DNA of 64,000 bases, taken from Candidatus Methanosuratincola verstraetei (GTDB lineage: Archaea > Thermoproteota > Methanomethylicia > Methanomethylicales > Methanomethylicaceae). The position numbers and the translations under genes are program-made. This document shows, piece after piece, positions 48,209 through 57,396 of the stretch; the stretch's first letter is position 1, and each line of letters opens with the position of its first letter. Where the stretch lies: positions 160,001 to 224,000 of the forward strand of contig CP186953.1 of NCBI GenBank assembly GCA_049570475.1, read 5' to 3'. The notes under the pieces are model-generated. The model ran no database searches. It saw only the letters and a program-made list of their open reading frames with translations, and was not told the DNA's origin.

Positions 48209-49761
48209 GCAACACCTACCCACGGCTCTGAAATTGTCTTAGCAGCCACGCTGAACCACTCCTCGAACTGGTGGTAGTATCCCTCAAGCGCGATCCCATT
48301 CGCACCCAAGAGCACTATGATGCCCAAGGCGACGATGCAGATTGCCAGCAGTACGCCAGGGATCCTGAGGATGGCGTGGCTATGGACTTTGTCAATGTAC
48401 TCAACCTTAGCCTTCGGCTTTCCTGCAACTATTGATCTGAGCGAGTACAGCGTGGTGAAGAAGATGAACAGCGCAGCCGTAAGTATAACCGCAGTAATCT
48501 CCATGCTGATGTGCCCCCGGGTAAACTCCAGGAAGGTGTTGTACCCCAGAGTGCCAGGTATAAGAGAGAGGGAGAAGCCCCCAATGAGGTATGTAAGACC
48601 GTTGACGCCCACCTTGCCACCCAGCCCTTTGAGGAGCGAGAGGTCTGCGGTCCGGCTGGTCTCTATTACGAAGCCGCTGTCGAAGAAGAGGAGGGCCTTG
48701 GCGAGGCCGTGGTTCAGGAAGTGCAGGAGTATGCCTGCGAAGAATAGGGGTGACAGGGCAGGCGCCATCAATGCAAGCCCTATCAATATGTAAAAGACCC
48801 CGACTTCGGAGGAGGTCGAGAAAGCCCAGATCCTCTTTATACCCCTTATATTGACCGGGCTCACATGGAACCTCGAGTACTTGCTCCCATAGGTTGCCTC
48901 TACCGCAGCCAGGACGGCGCCAACGATAACGCTCAGGGCGCCCAGCGCGACCAGTGATAGACCCAGCTCGTAGCTCGCGGGGGATATCACGCCAATTATC
49001 CTGCTGGCTGCGAACGCGGCTATCTGAACCATGACCCCGCTGAGTATTGCACTCACGGGGGTGGGGGCTTCGCTGTGAGCAGCAGGGAGCCAGAGCAGAC
49101 CAAAGGGAAAGATCCCGACTTTGATGCTGAAGCCAATCGCATACAGGGCAGAGAGCAGGACCAGATCGCCGTTAGCAACTCCAGAGAATGCAGACTGCTC
49201 CAGCATGAAGGTGCCAGTGAGCGAGTTTTGATAAAGAATGCCGACAAGTATCGTAACCGCGCCGATGACGCTCAGCACGAAGAACCTGACTGCAGCCTTG
49301 GTTGCGCTCCTCCGCTTTGTGAACAGTATCAGTACGCCGCCCGCAATTGTGCTCGCCTCAAACGCTACATAGATTATCAGTATATTGAAGGAGACTGCCA
49401 TAATAACAAGGGTCGCAATGAAGAAAGAGTAGAGCGCATAGAAGGGGGGTAAGATCTTTTCGTCCTCGAAATACCTGTAGCTATATATAGCGCCAAGGAA
49501 ACCCAAGGCAAGCGTAATTTCCACAATGAATGCCGATGCCGCGTTAAAAATTATGCCCTGGGTGTTCGGGTAGTACAGTGCCGCGCCCTCTTGGACGCCA
49601 ATCAAAAGCCAAGAGTTCAATGCCAGCGCAACCAAAAAGAACAGGCTGGCGGATGCGGCCAGAGCTTTGCCTTTCCTGAACACGAGAGGTGAAATTATGC
49701 CGCCCAGCACGATCAATATAGGGACGGCAATTGTCAAAACAGACTCTCCTGCTGCCGTCAT
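48205..49761 (-). CDS. Ion-translocating antiporter-like subunit (MrpD/NuoL-M-N/EchA family)
   Basis: YVAFEAST, IKVGIFPF, WLPAAHSEAPTPVSAILSG, NHGLAKALLF. Confidence 0.9.
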   Translation of the reverse strand: MTAAGESVLTIAVPILIVLGGIISPLVFRKGKALAASASLFFLVALALNSWLLIGVQEGAALYYPNTQGIIFNAASAFIVEITLALGFLGAIYSYRYFEDEKILPPFYALYSFFIATLVIMAVSFNILIIYVAFEASTIAGGVLILFTKRRSATKAAVRFFVLSVIGAVTILVGILYQNSLTGTFMLEQSAFSGVANGDLVLLSALYAIGFSIKVGIFPFGLLWLPAAHSEAPTPVSAILSGVMVQIAAFAASRIIGVISPASYELGLSLVALGALSVIVGAVLAAVEATYGSKYSRFHVSPVNIRGIKRIWAFSTSSEVGVFYILIGLALMAPALSPLFFAGILLHFLNHGLAKALLFFDSGFVIETSRTADLSLLKGLGGKVGVNGLTYLIGGFSLSLIPGTLGYNTFLEFTRGHISMEITAVILTAALFIFFTTLYSLRSIVAGKPKAKVEYIDKVHSHAILRIPGVLLAICIVALGIIVLLGANGIALEGYYHQFEEWFSVAAKTISEPWVGVA

Positions 49762-50099
49762 GCCTTCTCCACCTTCATTTTTGATTTGTCGTAATACTCA
49801 TCCCAATTTGTATCGTAAGGTACATTCAGAAGCGGTACATTAGGCCTGTAGACGCTCGAATCGCTGACATAAGGTTCTTTTGCCAAGCCGCAATAGAACA
49901 GTGAGCCTGCCTTTATACGATCCGGGAAATAGGCAGGTATGAAACTCAAGAGAAGGATGAAAAACATTGAGACTGAAGTGATTTCTACAAAAGCCAACAA
50001 CAAAATGAAATTAAAGGCTATGGAGGCGGCGATACAACCAGCTATGCCTATAATCATGAAGGCTAAGGCAACAAGCAAAGAAACTTTTTCTGAGGGCAT
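49758..50099 (-). CDS. Small membrane protein, first gene of the hydrogenase operon
   Basis: Two hydrophobic helices then FYCG...EPY; ATGA overlap with the antiporter-like gene. Confidence 0.7.
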   Translation of the reverse strand: MPSEKVSLLVALAFMIIGIAGCIAASIAFNFILLLAFVEITSVSMFFILLLSFIPAYFPDRIKAGSLFYCGLAKEPYVSDSSVYRPNVPLLNVPYDTNWDEYYDKSKMKVEKA

Positions 50100-50194
50100 C
50101 GGCCCACGGCTACCTTTTTGCACACCAGACCCCCCAAATCAACCATGGCAGAATTTAACATTCACAATAACCATTAGGAAGGTCGCCTATATAA

Positions 50195-50212
50195 ATACAC
50201 CTAAAGTGTACA
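50195..50212. promoter_or_regulatory. AAAGTGTACA box, copy 1 (ATACACCTAAAGTGTACA), beside the hydrogenase TATA box
   Basis: Abuts minus-strand TTTATATAGG (50186-50195); shares a 10-bp core with 50405 and 58677. Confidence 0.5.
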
Positions 50213-50370
50213 CAGCATTACAAGATTATATTATGTGTTTATTAAATTTCTTTTATTAGAGCTTTATGAAAAGCTGGATTTTTTTGACCAGATCTGGTGC
50301 AACTTGGTAAAATTTCAAAATACGTAAAGCCTGAAATGGACGGAAACCATAACACACCTTGTTCTAATTT

Positions 50371-50391
50371 ATGGATGGATTATCCATCCAT
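50371..50391. promoter_or_regulatory. Perfect inverted repeat ATGGATGGAT-T-ATCCATCCAT
   Basis: 10-bp arms with a 1-nt spacer, extendable to about 15 bp with one mismatch; a related copy is at 63720-63740. Confidence 0.65.
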
Positions 50392-50404
50392 TAATTTTTT
50401 CAAC

Positions 50405-50422
50405 TGTATTAAAAAGTGTACA
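50405..50422. promoter_or_regulatory. TGTA-N4-AAAGTGTACA box, copy 2, upstream of mtaB
   Basis: TGTATTAAAAAGTGTACA; 14/18 identical to the reverse complement of 58677-58694. Confidence 0.55.
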
Positions 50423-50586
50423 ACTAAATTTAATATTTTTGAACAAAAAACATGAGATTTTTATATTTTAAACTTAATATAACATAGTTATTTGCTCAAT
50501 AAATTAAGCAACGATGATGCTCTACCTAATAAAAATAAGAACAGCGCTTAATAACAATCTCTGTTGAATATATAGTGGGGAATAAT

Positions 50587-51975
50587 ATGGGAGTTAGAAG
50601 ATATACTAAAATGGCATACAAGGATCCCGACGACATGGTCTTTGGCCATGCCAAGTTCCCAGTGCTAGAGCACTGGAACGTGCAGTTCGGCGCAGGCTAC
50701 GTGGTACCAGAGGTCAAGGTCGCTCCCGAGGCAGGAACGGAGCGCAGCAAGGATACTCTAGTGAAAGAAATGGCTTCTATTGCAGAACAAGCAGCAGCAA
50801 GGGCGGTCGACATTGGTCTACCGGCATTTATGCTTGAGCAGGAGCATGTCTTCCAGCAGACATACCACCCCGACTGGGGTTATGCGTGCACACTTGCGCA
50901 GGCAGAGGTTCTCAAGAAATACTATGACGAATACGGCGTCAGGGCGTGCCTGAGGCAGACAGTCGGAGACCTGAGGATTGAGGAGAAAGGAGGCCTAAGG
51001 GGCTCCGAGTATGACAACAGGATCGCAGAGACAATCGAGGAGTGCTGCAAGGCAGGGGCTTCGGACATAGCGGCAGAGACCATGGGAGGAAAGTCGGTCC
51101 TTGACTATGGTGTGATGAGAGGAGACATTAAGGCAATCCTATTTGGGATTGGATACCTAGGCAGCGTAGACATGGAGTACTTCTGGACAAGGGCAGTAAA
51201 CATCTGCAGCAAGTATGACACAAGACCTGCGGGCGATACCAACTGCTCAGGAGCTAACACCTGCATGTACGTAGCAGGAGGCTTGCTGGGCAAGGATATG
51301 TCGCACACGGCTGCTGCGCTTGCCAGGGCGATCTCTGCAGCAAGGAGCCTGGTCGCTGTCGAATGCGGCGCGACAGGTCCGCTGAAGGACTGCGGATACG
51401 AGAACACCATAATAAAGGCGATAACAGGCGTCCCGATCTGCCAGGAAGGCAAGAACGCAGTCTGCGCGCATGCAGATGTCATGGGCAACCTAACCTGCCA
51501 GGTGGTGGACTGCTGGAGCAATGAGTCGGTCTTCCACAGGGAGGAGATGGGCGGACCTACACCAGCAGTATGGCTGCAGGCCACAGGCTACGAGGCTGCG
51601 CTGATGAACACTGCGATCCAGACGGGCAATGCAAAGACGCTCAGGGACCTGTACACGTTCACAGACATGTACAGAGACCCGCAGGGCACGCTGCTCGCAT
51701 ATCCTAACGCATTCAGGGTAGGAAAAGCAATAGTTGAGTATGGAAAGGACATCTACCTGAGGGCAAGGGCCGCTGCGCTCGAGGCTTCCAAGATCATGAT
51801 GGAAGCATATGAGGCCAAGCTACTTCAGCTGACGAGGTTCGAGCTCGACACGCTGAGGAAGTACACAAGCATCCTCGAGAGCCTCCCGATGGAAGCAGAG
51901 ATATTCGTTGACCAGTGCATGAGAGAATACCCAAGGAAGATACCGACATTTGACCCGAAGAGCTATGGATTGTGA
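50587..51975 (+). CDS. mtaB: Methanol:corrinoid methyltransferase
   Basis: YTKMAY...DDMVFG, ETMGGK, GDTNC, GPLKDCGYE, HADVMGNL, DCWSNESV, DMYRDPQG. Confidence 0.95.
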   Translation: MGVRRYTKMAYKDPDDMVFGHAKFPVLEHWNVQFGAGYVVPEVKVAPEAGTERSKDTLVKEMASIAEQAAARAVDIGLPAFMLEQEHVFQQTYHPDWGYACTLAQAEVLKKYYDEYGVRACLRQTVGDLRIEEKGGLRGSEYDNRIAETIEECCKAGASDIAAETMGGKSVLDYGVMRGDIKAILFGIGYLGSVDMEYFWTRAVNICSKYDTRPAGDTNCSGANTCMYVAGGLLGKDMSHTAAALARAISAARSLVAVECGATGPLKDCGYENTIIKAITGVPICQEGKNAVCAHADVMGNLTCQVVDCWSNESVFHREEMGGPTPAVWLQATGYEAALMNTAIQTGNAKTLRDLYTFTDMYRDPQGTLLAYPNAFRVGKAIVEYGKDIYLRARAAALEASKIMMEAYEAKLLQLTRFELDTLRKYTSILESLPMEAEIFVDQCMREYPRKIPTFDPKSYGL

Positions 51976-51986
51976 GGTGTTGCAAA

Positions 51987-52814
51987 ATGGCACTTTTAGA
52001 TTGGGCTAAGAAAGCGGACTTCGACATGATGTTCAAGAGGTACAACGTCATAATCGAAGGACCGGCAATTAAGCCAGAAGACGACCCGGACGTCAAGAAA
52101 GTACTGCCAAAGGAAGAGCCATTCAGGACGCTGGCAATGGCTGTGATATTCGGAGACACAGAAAAAGCGGTTCAGGCTGCGAAGACGGCTCTCGAGAGGA
52201 CTTCTCCGCTCGACGTGATCGAGAAGGGGCTTGCCAAGGGAATGGATGCAGTCAGCGCTCTATACGCCAAGGGAGCCTACTTCCTGCCCGACATAATGCT
52301 CTCTGCAGATGCCATGACTGCGGCTATGGCAGTGGCTGAGCAGAAGCTTGGCAGGGCCAGGGAGAAGAAGGGCACCGTTGTCTCATTCGTCGCCGAGGGT
52401 GACCCGCACGACATTGGAAAGAACCTCGTCGTGATGTTCCTGAAGGCGAACGGGTTCGAGGCGGTTGACCTTGGCAGGGACGTCCCGGACAAGGAAGTAA
52501 TCGAGGCAGTCAAGAAGTACAAGCCAGTGATGCTGACCGGCACGGCACTGATGACCACAACCATGACCGCCTTCCCGAGGGTGGCGAAGGCACTCCAGGA
52601 ACAGGGCATCTCGGTCCCGGTGTTCGGCTGCGGCGGCGGTGCAGTGAAGAGGGACTTTGTGGAGTCCTACGACATGGGAGTCTACGGAGTCAAGGCGTTC
52701 CACGCACCGAAGCTTGCAGAGGCAGCGCTGGCAGGCAAGAGCTGGAAGGAAATCCGCAAGGAATACCCGAAGATCGTCGGGGAGTTTGTTGCGGAGTACG
52801 CAGACAGGATGTAA
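51987..52814 (+). CDS. mtaC: Methanol corrinoid protein
   Basis: B12-binding EGDPHDIGKN, DLGRDVP, GTALMTTTM, GGGAV. Confidence 0.95.
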   Translation: MALLDWAKKADFDMMFKRYNVIIEGPAIKPEDDPDVKKVLPKEEPFRTLAMAVIFGDTEKAVQAAKTALERTSPLDVIEKGLAKGMDAVSALYAKGAYFLPDIMLSADAMTAAMAVAEQKLGRAREKKGTVVSFVAEGDPHDIGKNLVVMFLKANGFEAVDLGRDVPDKEVIEAVKKYKPVMLTGTALMTTTMTAFPRVAKALQEQGISVPVFGCGGGAVKRDFVESYDMGVYGVKAFHAPKLAEAALAGKSWKEIRKEYPKIVGEFVAEYADRM

Positions 52815-52821
52815 GCAACTT

Positions 52822-52862
52822 CCCTTTTTTCTTTTTTTTTGTTTTATTTTAATTTTATTTCT
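52822..52862 (+). terminator. Oligo(T)-rich terminator region after mtaC
   Basis: Several T-runs directly after the stop, in the gap to the convergent ramA. Confidence 0.55.
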
Positions 52863-52920
52863 TAATTATTAATTGCTTATTTCATTGGAATTTTTAGAAA
52901 AATCAGAGCTGAAAGAATGT

Positions 52921-54567
52921 CTATTCCCTTTTGCCTTTTAGCAGGCTCGAGTATTTGAAGACCTGATCAGGGCAAGCCTGCTGGCATCGGAGGCAGGCCA
53001 TCCCGTCGCACAGCTCGGATTTGATGACTATCCTGTATCTGTCGCCTGCTGGCTCGATCCTTATTGCGCTCTCCGGGCAGCTCTTGACGCAGCTTTCGCA
53101 GCCTGTGCACCCATCGAATTCGCCGATGAGGGTCACCCCGATGTCCCTAAGGACTTTTAGCCCCTTCTTTCCGAGCTCAGGGATGTCACGCATGTAGATC
53201 CTCTTTATCTCGGGGTTTGGAACCCTCTTGGGCAATGGGTTGTATCCATATCTCCTGAGATACTCATTGTAGATGGTGATCGGCATGCCCTCATCCCAGT
53301 ATGAGAGCTCCAGGGTGTAAACTTTCTCGAATACCTTAGAAGTGGCGAGCATTATGTGCCGCCCCCTTATGCTGTCTGCCATGCTTTGGAGCGTATCGAT
53401 CATATCAGGCTTCAAAACGATGTCTTTTGCCATGCCGAGCGAGGTATTCCCTATCTGGTAGACTTTCCTCGAGCATGCAGGGATCTGACCTACATCCATT
53501 GACTTGTTCGCATCCACATAGAACCCGGAGGCGCCGGCCATGTATGAAGTGTCTATGTCCTGCATAGTGATCCCTGCCTCCTCGCAAAGCGAAATATGGC
53601 CGGCACGGAAAGCCCCGATCGCCTTCCCTGCCTCGACCAAGTCGCGCCTTGTAAAGTAAACCCCATCCTGGAGGTAGAGCTTCCTGTCCTGGGTTGCTAT
53701 ATTAGGGAGCTTGATGAGCCCCGAAGAGATACCGAGGGCGAGCACCGCGATCACCCCTGTCCCCGTGATCCCATGAGCCTTGCCACTCATCGGTCCTCTT
53801 GCCACAACCTCCCCGGAGTGGGGCAGGACCGCATCGCCCTTCTCAGCCAGCAACTGTTCGTTTAGAATCGTCATCCTCCAGCCATTGGATTCAGGGTTAA
53901 CATCGCAGATCGCCCCCGGCGCAGCAAGCATCCCCTTCTCGATCCGCTGGCCCTCGATTGCAGGGCCGGCTGCGGCGGAGCAGGTGAAAACCTCGCCGTC
54001 TATCACGAGCGCTATCTCCGCATTAGTCCCGAAGTCGGTCACGAGGGATATCCCCCGCTTCTCCAAGACCCCTGATTTGACGAGCATGGCGAGTGCGTCG
54101 GCGCCGATCTCGTGCTTCACGCCTGGAGGCACGTAAACATCAGCCTCCGGGTTCAGGTCGAGCCCCACCGATCCGGCTTTGATCACGCAGGCATTCCTTT
54201 CGGGCGGCTTTATATTGTAATCGTGCATCGCATGCTCGCCCCAGTAGGCCAGATCGCGGACCTCGATGTTCTGGAAGAGTGAAAGCTGGGTCGGGTTCCC
54301 GTCGACTGCCACCCTCTCCACCTTGGAGAGATCGATTTCAAGAAGCTTGAGGAGCGAGTTAATCGTGTCGATTATGAGCTTATGCGCCACATCTTCGCCG
54401 ACCTCGACTGCAAAATGAAGGTGATCGATCACATTAGCCCCAGGCAAGGGGTGCCTCAGGGTTATGGCTGTCGCAACCACCTCAGAGGTATTCAGGTCAA
54501 GCGCCTGGATCCGTATTCCGCTCGTTCCGATATCTATCGCCAGCCCGTACAAAAACCCATCCTCCAA
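52921..54567 (-). CDS. ramA: Corrinoid protein reductive activase (RamA family, ASKHA ATPase with C-terminal ferredoxin)
   Basis: AIDIGTSGIR, HPLPGANVIDHLHFA, HEIGADALA, DFGTNAE, AAGPAIEGQ, CTGCESCVKSCP, CDGMACLRCQQACP. Confidence 0.92.
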   Translation of the reverse strand: MEDGFLYGLAIDIGTSGIRIQALDLNTSEVVATAITLRHPLPGANVIDHLHFAVEVGEDVAHKLIIDTINSLLKLLEIDLSKVERVAVDGNPTQLSLFQNIEVRDLAYWGEHAMHDYNIKPPERNACVIKAGSVGLDLNPEADVYVPPGVKHEIGADALAMLVKSGVLEKRGISLVTDFGTNAEIALVIDGEVFTCSAAAGPAIEGQRIEKGMLAAPGAICDVNPESNGWRMTILNEQLLAEKGDAVLPHSGEVVARGPMSGKAHGITGTGVIAVLALGISSGLIKLPNIATQDRKLYLQDGVYFTRRDLVEAGKAIGAFRAGHISLCEEAGITMQDIDTSYMAGASGFYVDANKSMDVGQIPACSRKVYQIGNTSLGMAKDIVLKPDMIDTLQSMADSIRGRHIMLATSKVFEKVYTLELSYWDEGMPITIYNEYLRRYGYNPLPKRVPNPEIKRIYMRDIPELGKKGLKVLRDIGVTLIGEFDGCTGCESCVKSCPESAIRIEPAGDRYRIVIKSELCDGMACLRCQQACPDQVFKYSSLLKGKRE

Positions 54568-54639
54568 GTCAATTTATATAGTAATTATTGTTATAAATAA
54601 ATATAAATGTATGTTATACCATTTTAACGTGTAAAAAAT

Positions 54640-55236
54640 ATGTCGTCTTTTGAATATGTCGTCGGCAGCCTCATGGAAAGGCTGATCAATGTTAAAGGGA
54701 TTGTTGATGCGGTTCTGCTACCCACAGAGCTGAAGAACGAGATCCTCTCTTCGGAGCTTTGCGAGGAGAACAACACGGGCGGGTTTTTCCTGAAATACAA
54801 TGCGGGAGTCAGGGAGGCATTGAAAAGGGACCATCTGCTCGCAGCCATCACTGATGAGAACTACACTTACCCTCCCGAGCCCGTAGAGCTGATTTATCTC
54901 GGCGACACCGTGGGCGTCGAGATTAGGGACAAGTCACTCCTAGAATCATACAAGAAGGACGAGAACGCGATGCTGCTCGGGGACAGTTTCGTGATATTCA
55001 AGGACAAGCTTCCTCCCAACAGCGTGAGGAAGGCGATGTCGGGCGAGATAAAGGTCTTTATACCCCCAATGAGTGTTGGGGTAGAAGCCCCTGAAGGGAT
55101 TCACGGGCTTGTCCTCGGCATGCCCTCAACATACACTGATCTACTCTTAAAGGACTGGTTGAGAAAGAAGGGGATCGATGTCTCGAACAAGAACCTCGGG
55201 GTAGTCCTTATAGGGTTCAACATTCATAAATTATAA
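54640..55236 (+). CDS. Hypothetical protein (198 aa) in the methanol cluster
   Basis: Clean ORF divergent from ramA; no motif recognised. Confidence 0.7.
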   Translation: MSSFEYVVGSLMERLINVKGIVDAVLLPTELKNEILSSELCEENNTGGFFLKYNAGVREALKRDHLLAAITDENYTYPPEPVELIYLGDTVGVEIRDKSLLESYKKDENAMLLGDSFVIFKDKLPPNSVRKAMSGEIKVFIPPMSVGVEAPEGIHGLVLGMPSTYTDLLLKDWLRKKGIDVSNKNLGVVLIGFNIHKL

Positions 55237-55250
55237 TTTGTGAACTTGAG

Positions 55251-56255
55251 ATGGGGATAATAGAGGAGACAATAAAGCTGGAGAACACTGGAAGGACGCC
55301 GGTCGCTCCAGTAATCACTTCCAAGAGGGAAAAATTCTCTGAGGTCGTAAAAAACAGCGAATCTGTCTTGAAGAAATTTGATGGATTCCTGCTCCATCCA
55401 GCCGTCTTTGACTCGGGATGGGTATACCTCCCGTCGAAGCCTTCGCTCAGAGAGCCGGTCCGGATAATAAAGGACATCGATGGCTACGACGACCTCTGCG
55501 ACTATGGGCCCGTTGAATATGCGTTGAAGATCCACAAGGAAAATGACCTAGTAGTTGAACTGGAGAGAAGGCTCGCTGAGGCACCCGGATTGGTGAGCAG
55601 TTTCGTTGAAGAGACAGGGGGCTGGGGGGTTGCAAGCTACTGCGGCGCGATGGCCATAACCCCGATAGGCTACATATCGTACTACAGGGGCTTCAACGAT
55701 ACCATGAGGGACATGGCTAAGGACCAACAGAAAATCTACAACACGGCGATGACGATAGCCAAGATGTACCCAAAGTTCCTGGCTGAATTTGCAAAGTCAT
55801 GCAAAGTCCCCAGGGTTTGGGTCTCGTTCACGAATGCGACCCCGGCGATCGTGGGGGACTACTACTTCGACAAGGTGGTATGGCCAACCACGAAGACCAT
55901 GCTAGAAGGGATTATCAAAGAAGGCGTCGTGCCGATCATCCAATTCGAAGAGGATGCCAGGAGCCTGAAATTCCTGACACAGTTGCCCCCAAGGAGCTAC
56001 ATTGTCCACATCTCAAGGGATTCAGATCTTCTGAGGGTCTCTGAGGCATTGGCCAACCAGGCGGCCGTGATGGGGAACTTCAAGGTCCCTGCCGACCAAG
56101 AGGAGGAGAGCAGGATCAGGGATATATCAGTTAGGCTGGCTTCGGGCGCGCCCAAGAATTTGATAGTCAGCACAGACGGAGGGGAGCCGTTCATCCTGAC
56201 TTCCCACAATCTGGAGAAGCTATCAGCGCTCGAACCGTTCCTGAAAAAGGGCTAG
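55251..56255 (+). CDS. UroD/MtaA-family TIM-barrel protein lacking the usual Zn ligands
   Basis: RTPVAP, YRGFNDTMRDM, FDKVVWP, VMGNF; has QFEED and STDGG where MtaA has HICG and PACG. Confidence 0.7.
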   Translation: MGIIEETIKLENTGRTPVAPVITSKREKFSEVVKNSESVLKKFDGFLLHPAVFDSGWVYLPSKPSLREPVRIIKDIDGYDDLCDYGPVEYALKIHKENDLVVELERRLAEAPGLVSSFVEETGGWGVASYCGAMAITPIGYISYYRGFNDTMRDMAKDQQKIYNTAMTIAKMYPKFLAEFAKSCKVPRVWVSFTNATPAIVGDYYFDKVVWPTTKTMLEGIIKEGVVPIIQFEEDARSLKFLTQLPPRSYIVHISRDSDLLRVSEALANQAAVMGNFKVPADQEEESRIRDISVRLASGAPKNLIVSTDGGEPFILTSHNLEKLSALEPFLKKG

Positions 56256-57301
56256 TTGTGGTGTTGGTGGTGGAGGTCTTCAACAGACAACCCATATTTT
56301 TTGCTGGTTTCCCTGATCGTTTCCTTTAGGTAAGAACGCATATCCTCAGATCCGAACCCCTCGAGTGCCATGAAGAGAGAGAACTTAAGCTCCTTCCAAG
56401 ACTGCGGGATGTCTCCGGAGAATTCGACGCCTGTCGTGAGATCGACCATGCTCGCCTTGAATCCCTTGCCCTGCGACTCACCGAAAGCTTTGATGTGACC
56501 AAGGATCCTCCCTGTTTTTTCTATGCATTTCCTCCCCATTGCCTCGATCACCTCTGACACGAAAGATCTGATCGCTTTGTCATCTAGATCCTTGTCTGAT
56601 CTGAGGATCCCGTAGAAGTCAGCATTGCCGACTCCTGATTCTGCCACCGAATCGTCTTGTGCTGGATTCGCCTCAGAATCCAATTCGACCCGCTCCCCGA
56701 GTATGGCGGCTAAGAGATCAGGCATCCCTTCGCCCGTCACCGACGAAACGCCGATCACTTTTGTCCCTGGCCTCATCTCGCTGAGTGCAGAGACTATCAG
56801 GGGGAGATCGAATTTCTTGTCGATCCTGTCAATCTTTGTCAACGCAAGGATCTCTGCATCACGGGCCTGCTTCGTCAGGAAATCCTTGAACTCGGCGAGC
56901 AGGGAACGGAACCTGACGCCATCAACCAGCGCAACAGTCGGGGAGAACTCTAGACCGGGGACTAGGTAAGAGGCCTGCACAAAGAACCGCTTAACCTGCG
57001 AGGGGAGGGCCACCCCTGTGGGCTCGACGAAGATCACATCAGGTTTGAATTCCTCCACGACAATCTTTATCGTGGAGACCAAGTCTGCGCCCAGGCTGCA
57101 GCAGATGCACCCGCCCAAGATCCTCTTGGCTTTTAGCCCAGAGCTCTTTACAAACTCTCCATCGACGTCAACATCCCCAATCTCGTTCACAATCACCGCG
57201 GTCTTCAGACCTTTCTTTTGCGCCTCGGTGGCCATCCTTATTATCGAGCTGGTCTTGCCGCTACCCAGAAAGCCCGAGATCTGAGCCAGAAGGACCATCA
57301 A
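56252..57301 (-). CDS. CobW/COG0523-type (G3E) GTPase metallochaperone
   Basis: SGFLGSGKTS, VNEIG, GGCICC, VEPTG, TKID, GHIKA, C-terminal HHQHHN. Confidence 0.88.
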   Translation of the reverse strand: MMVLLAQISGFLGSGKTSSIIRMATEAQKKGLKTAVIVNEIGDVDVDGEFVKSSGLKAKRILGGCICCSLGADLVSTIKIVVEEFKPDVIFVEPTGVALPSQVKRFFVQASYLVPGLEFSPTVALVDGVRFRSLLAEFKDFLTKQARDAEILALTKIDRIDKKFDLPLIVSALSEMRPGTKVIGVSSVTGEGMPDLLAAILGERVELDSEANPAQDDSVAESGVGNADFYGILRSDKDLDDKAIRSFVSEVIEAMGRKCIEKTGRILGHIKAFGESQGKGFKASMVDLTTGVEFSGDIPQSWKELKFSLFMALEGFGSEDMRSYLKETIRETSKKYGLSVEDLHHQHHN

Positions 57302-57396
57302 GTTTCACCGTTTTTATATTGGACTGCGATGTTATAAACCATTCCAAAACCTTTTATTAGTTTGAGGATAATGGATATTACCAAAGGGGGATATAG

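Noticed and set aside
42701-49761. Complex I / Fpo-like oxidoreductase
   Set aside because: The large subunit keeps both Ni-binding CxxC motifs, so it is a hydrogenase.
50587-52814. Pyrrolysine or selenocysteine recoding in the methyltransferase genes
   Set aside because: The frames are full length with no in-frame stops; MtaB is not a Pyl enzyme.
54618-54635. Weak match (TTAACGTGTAAA) to the AAAGTGTACA box near ramA
   Set aside because: Two core mismatches and no left TGTA arm in AT-rich DNA; not supportable without a scoring matrix.
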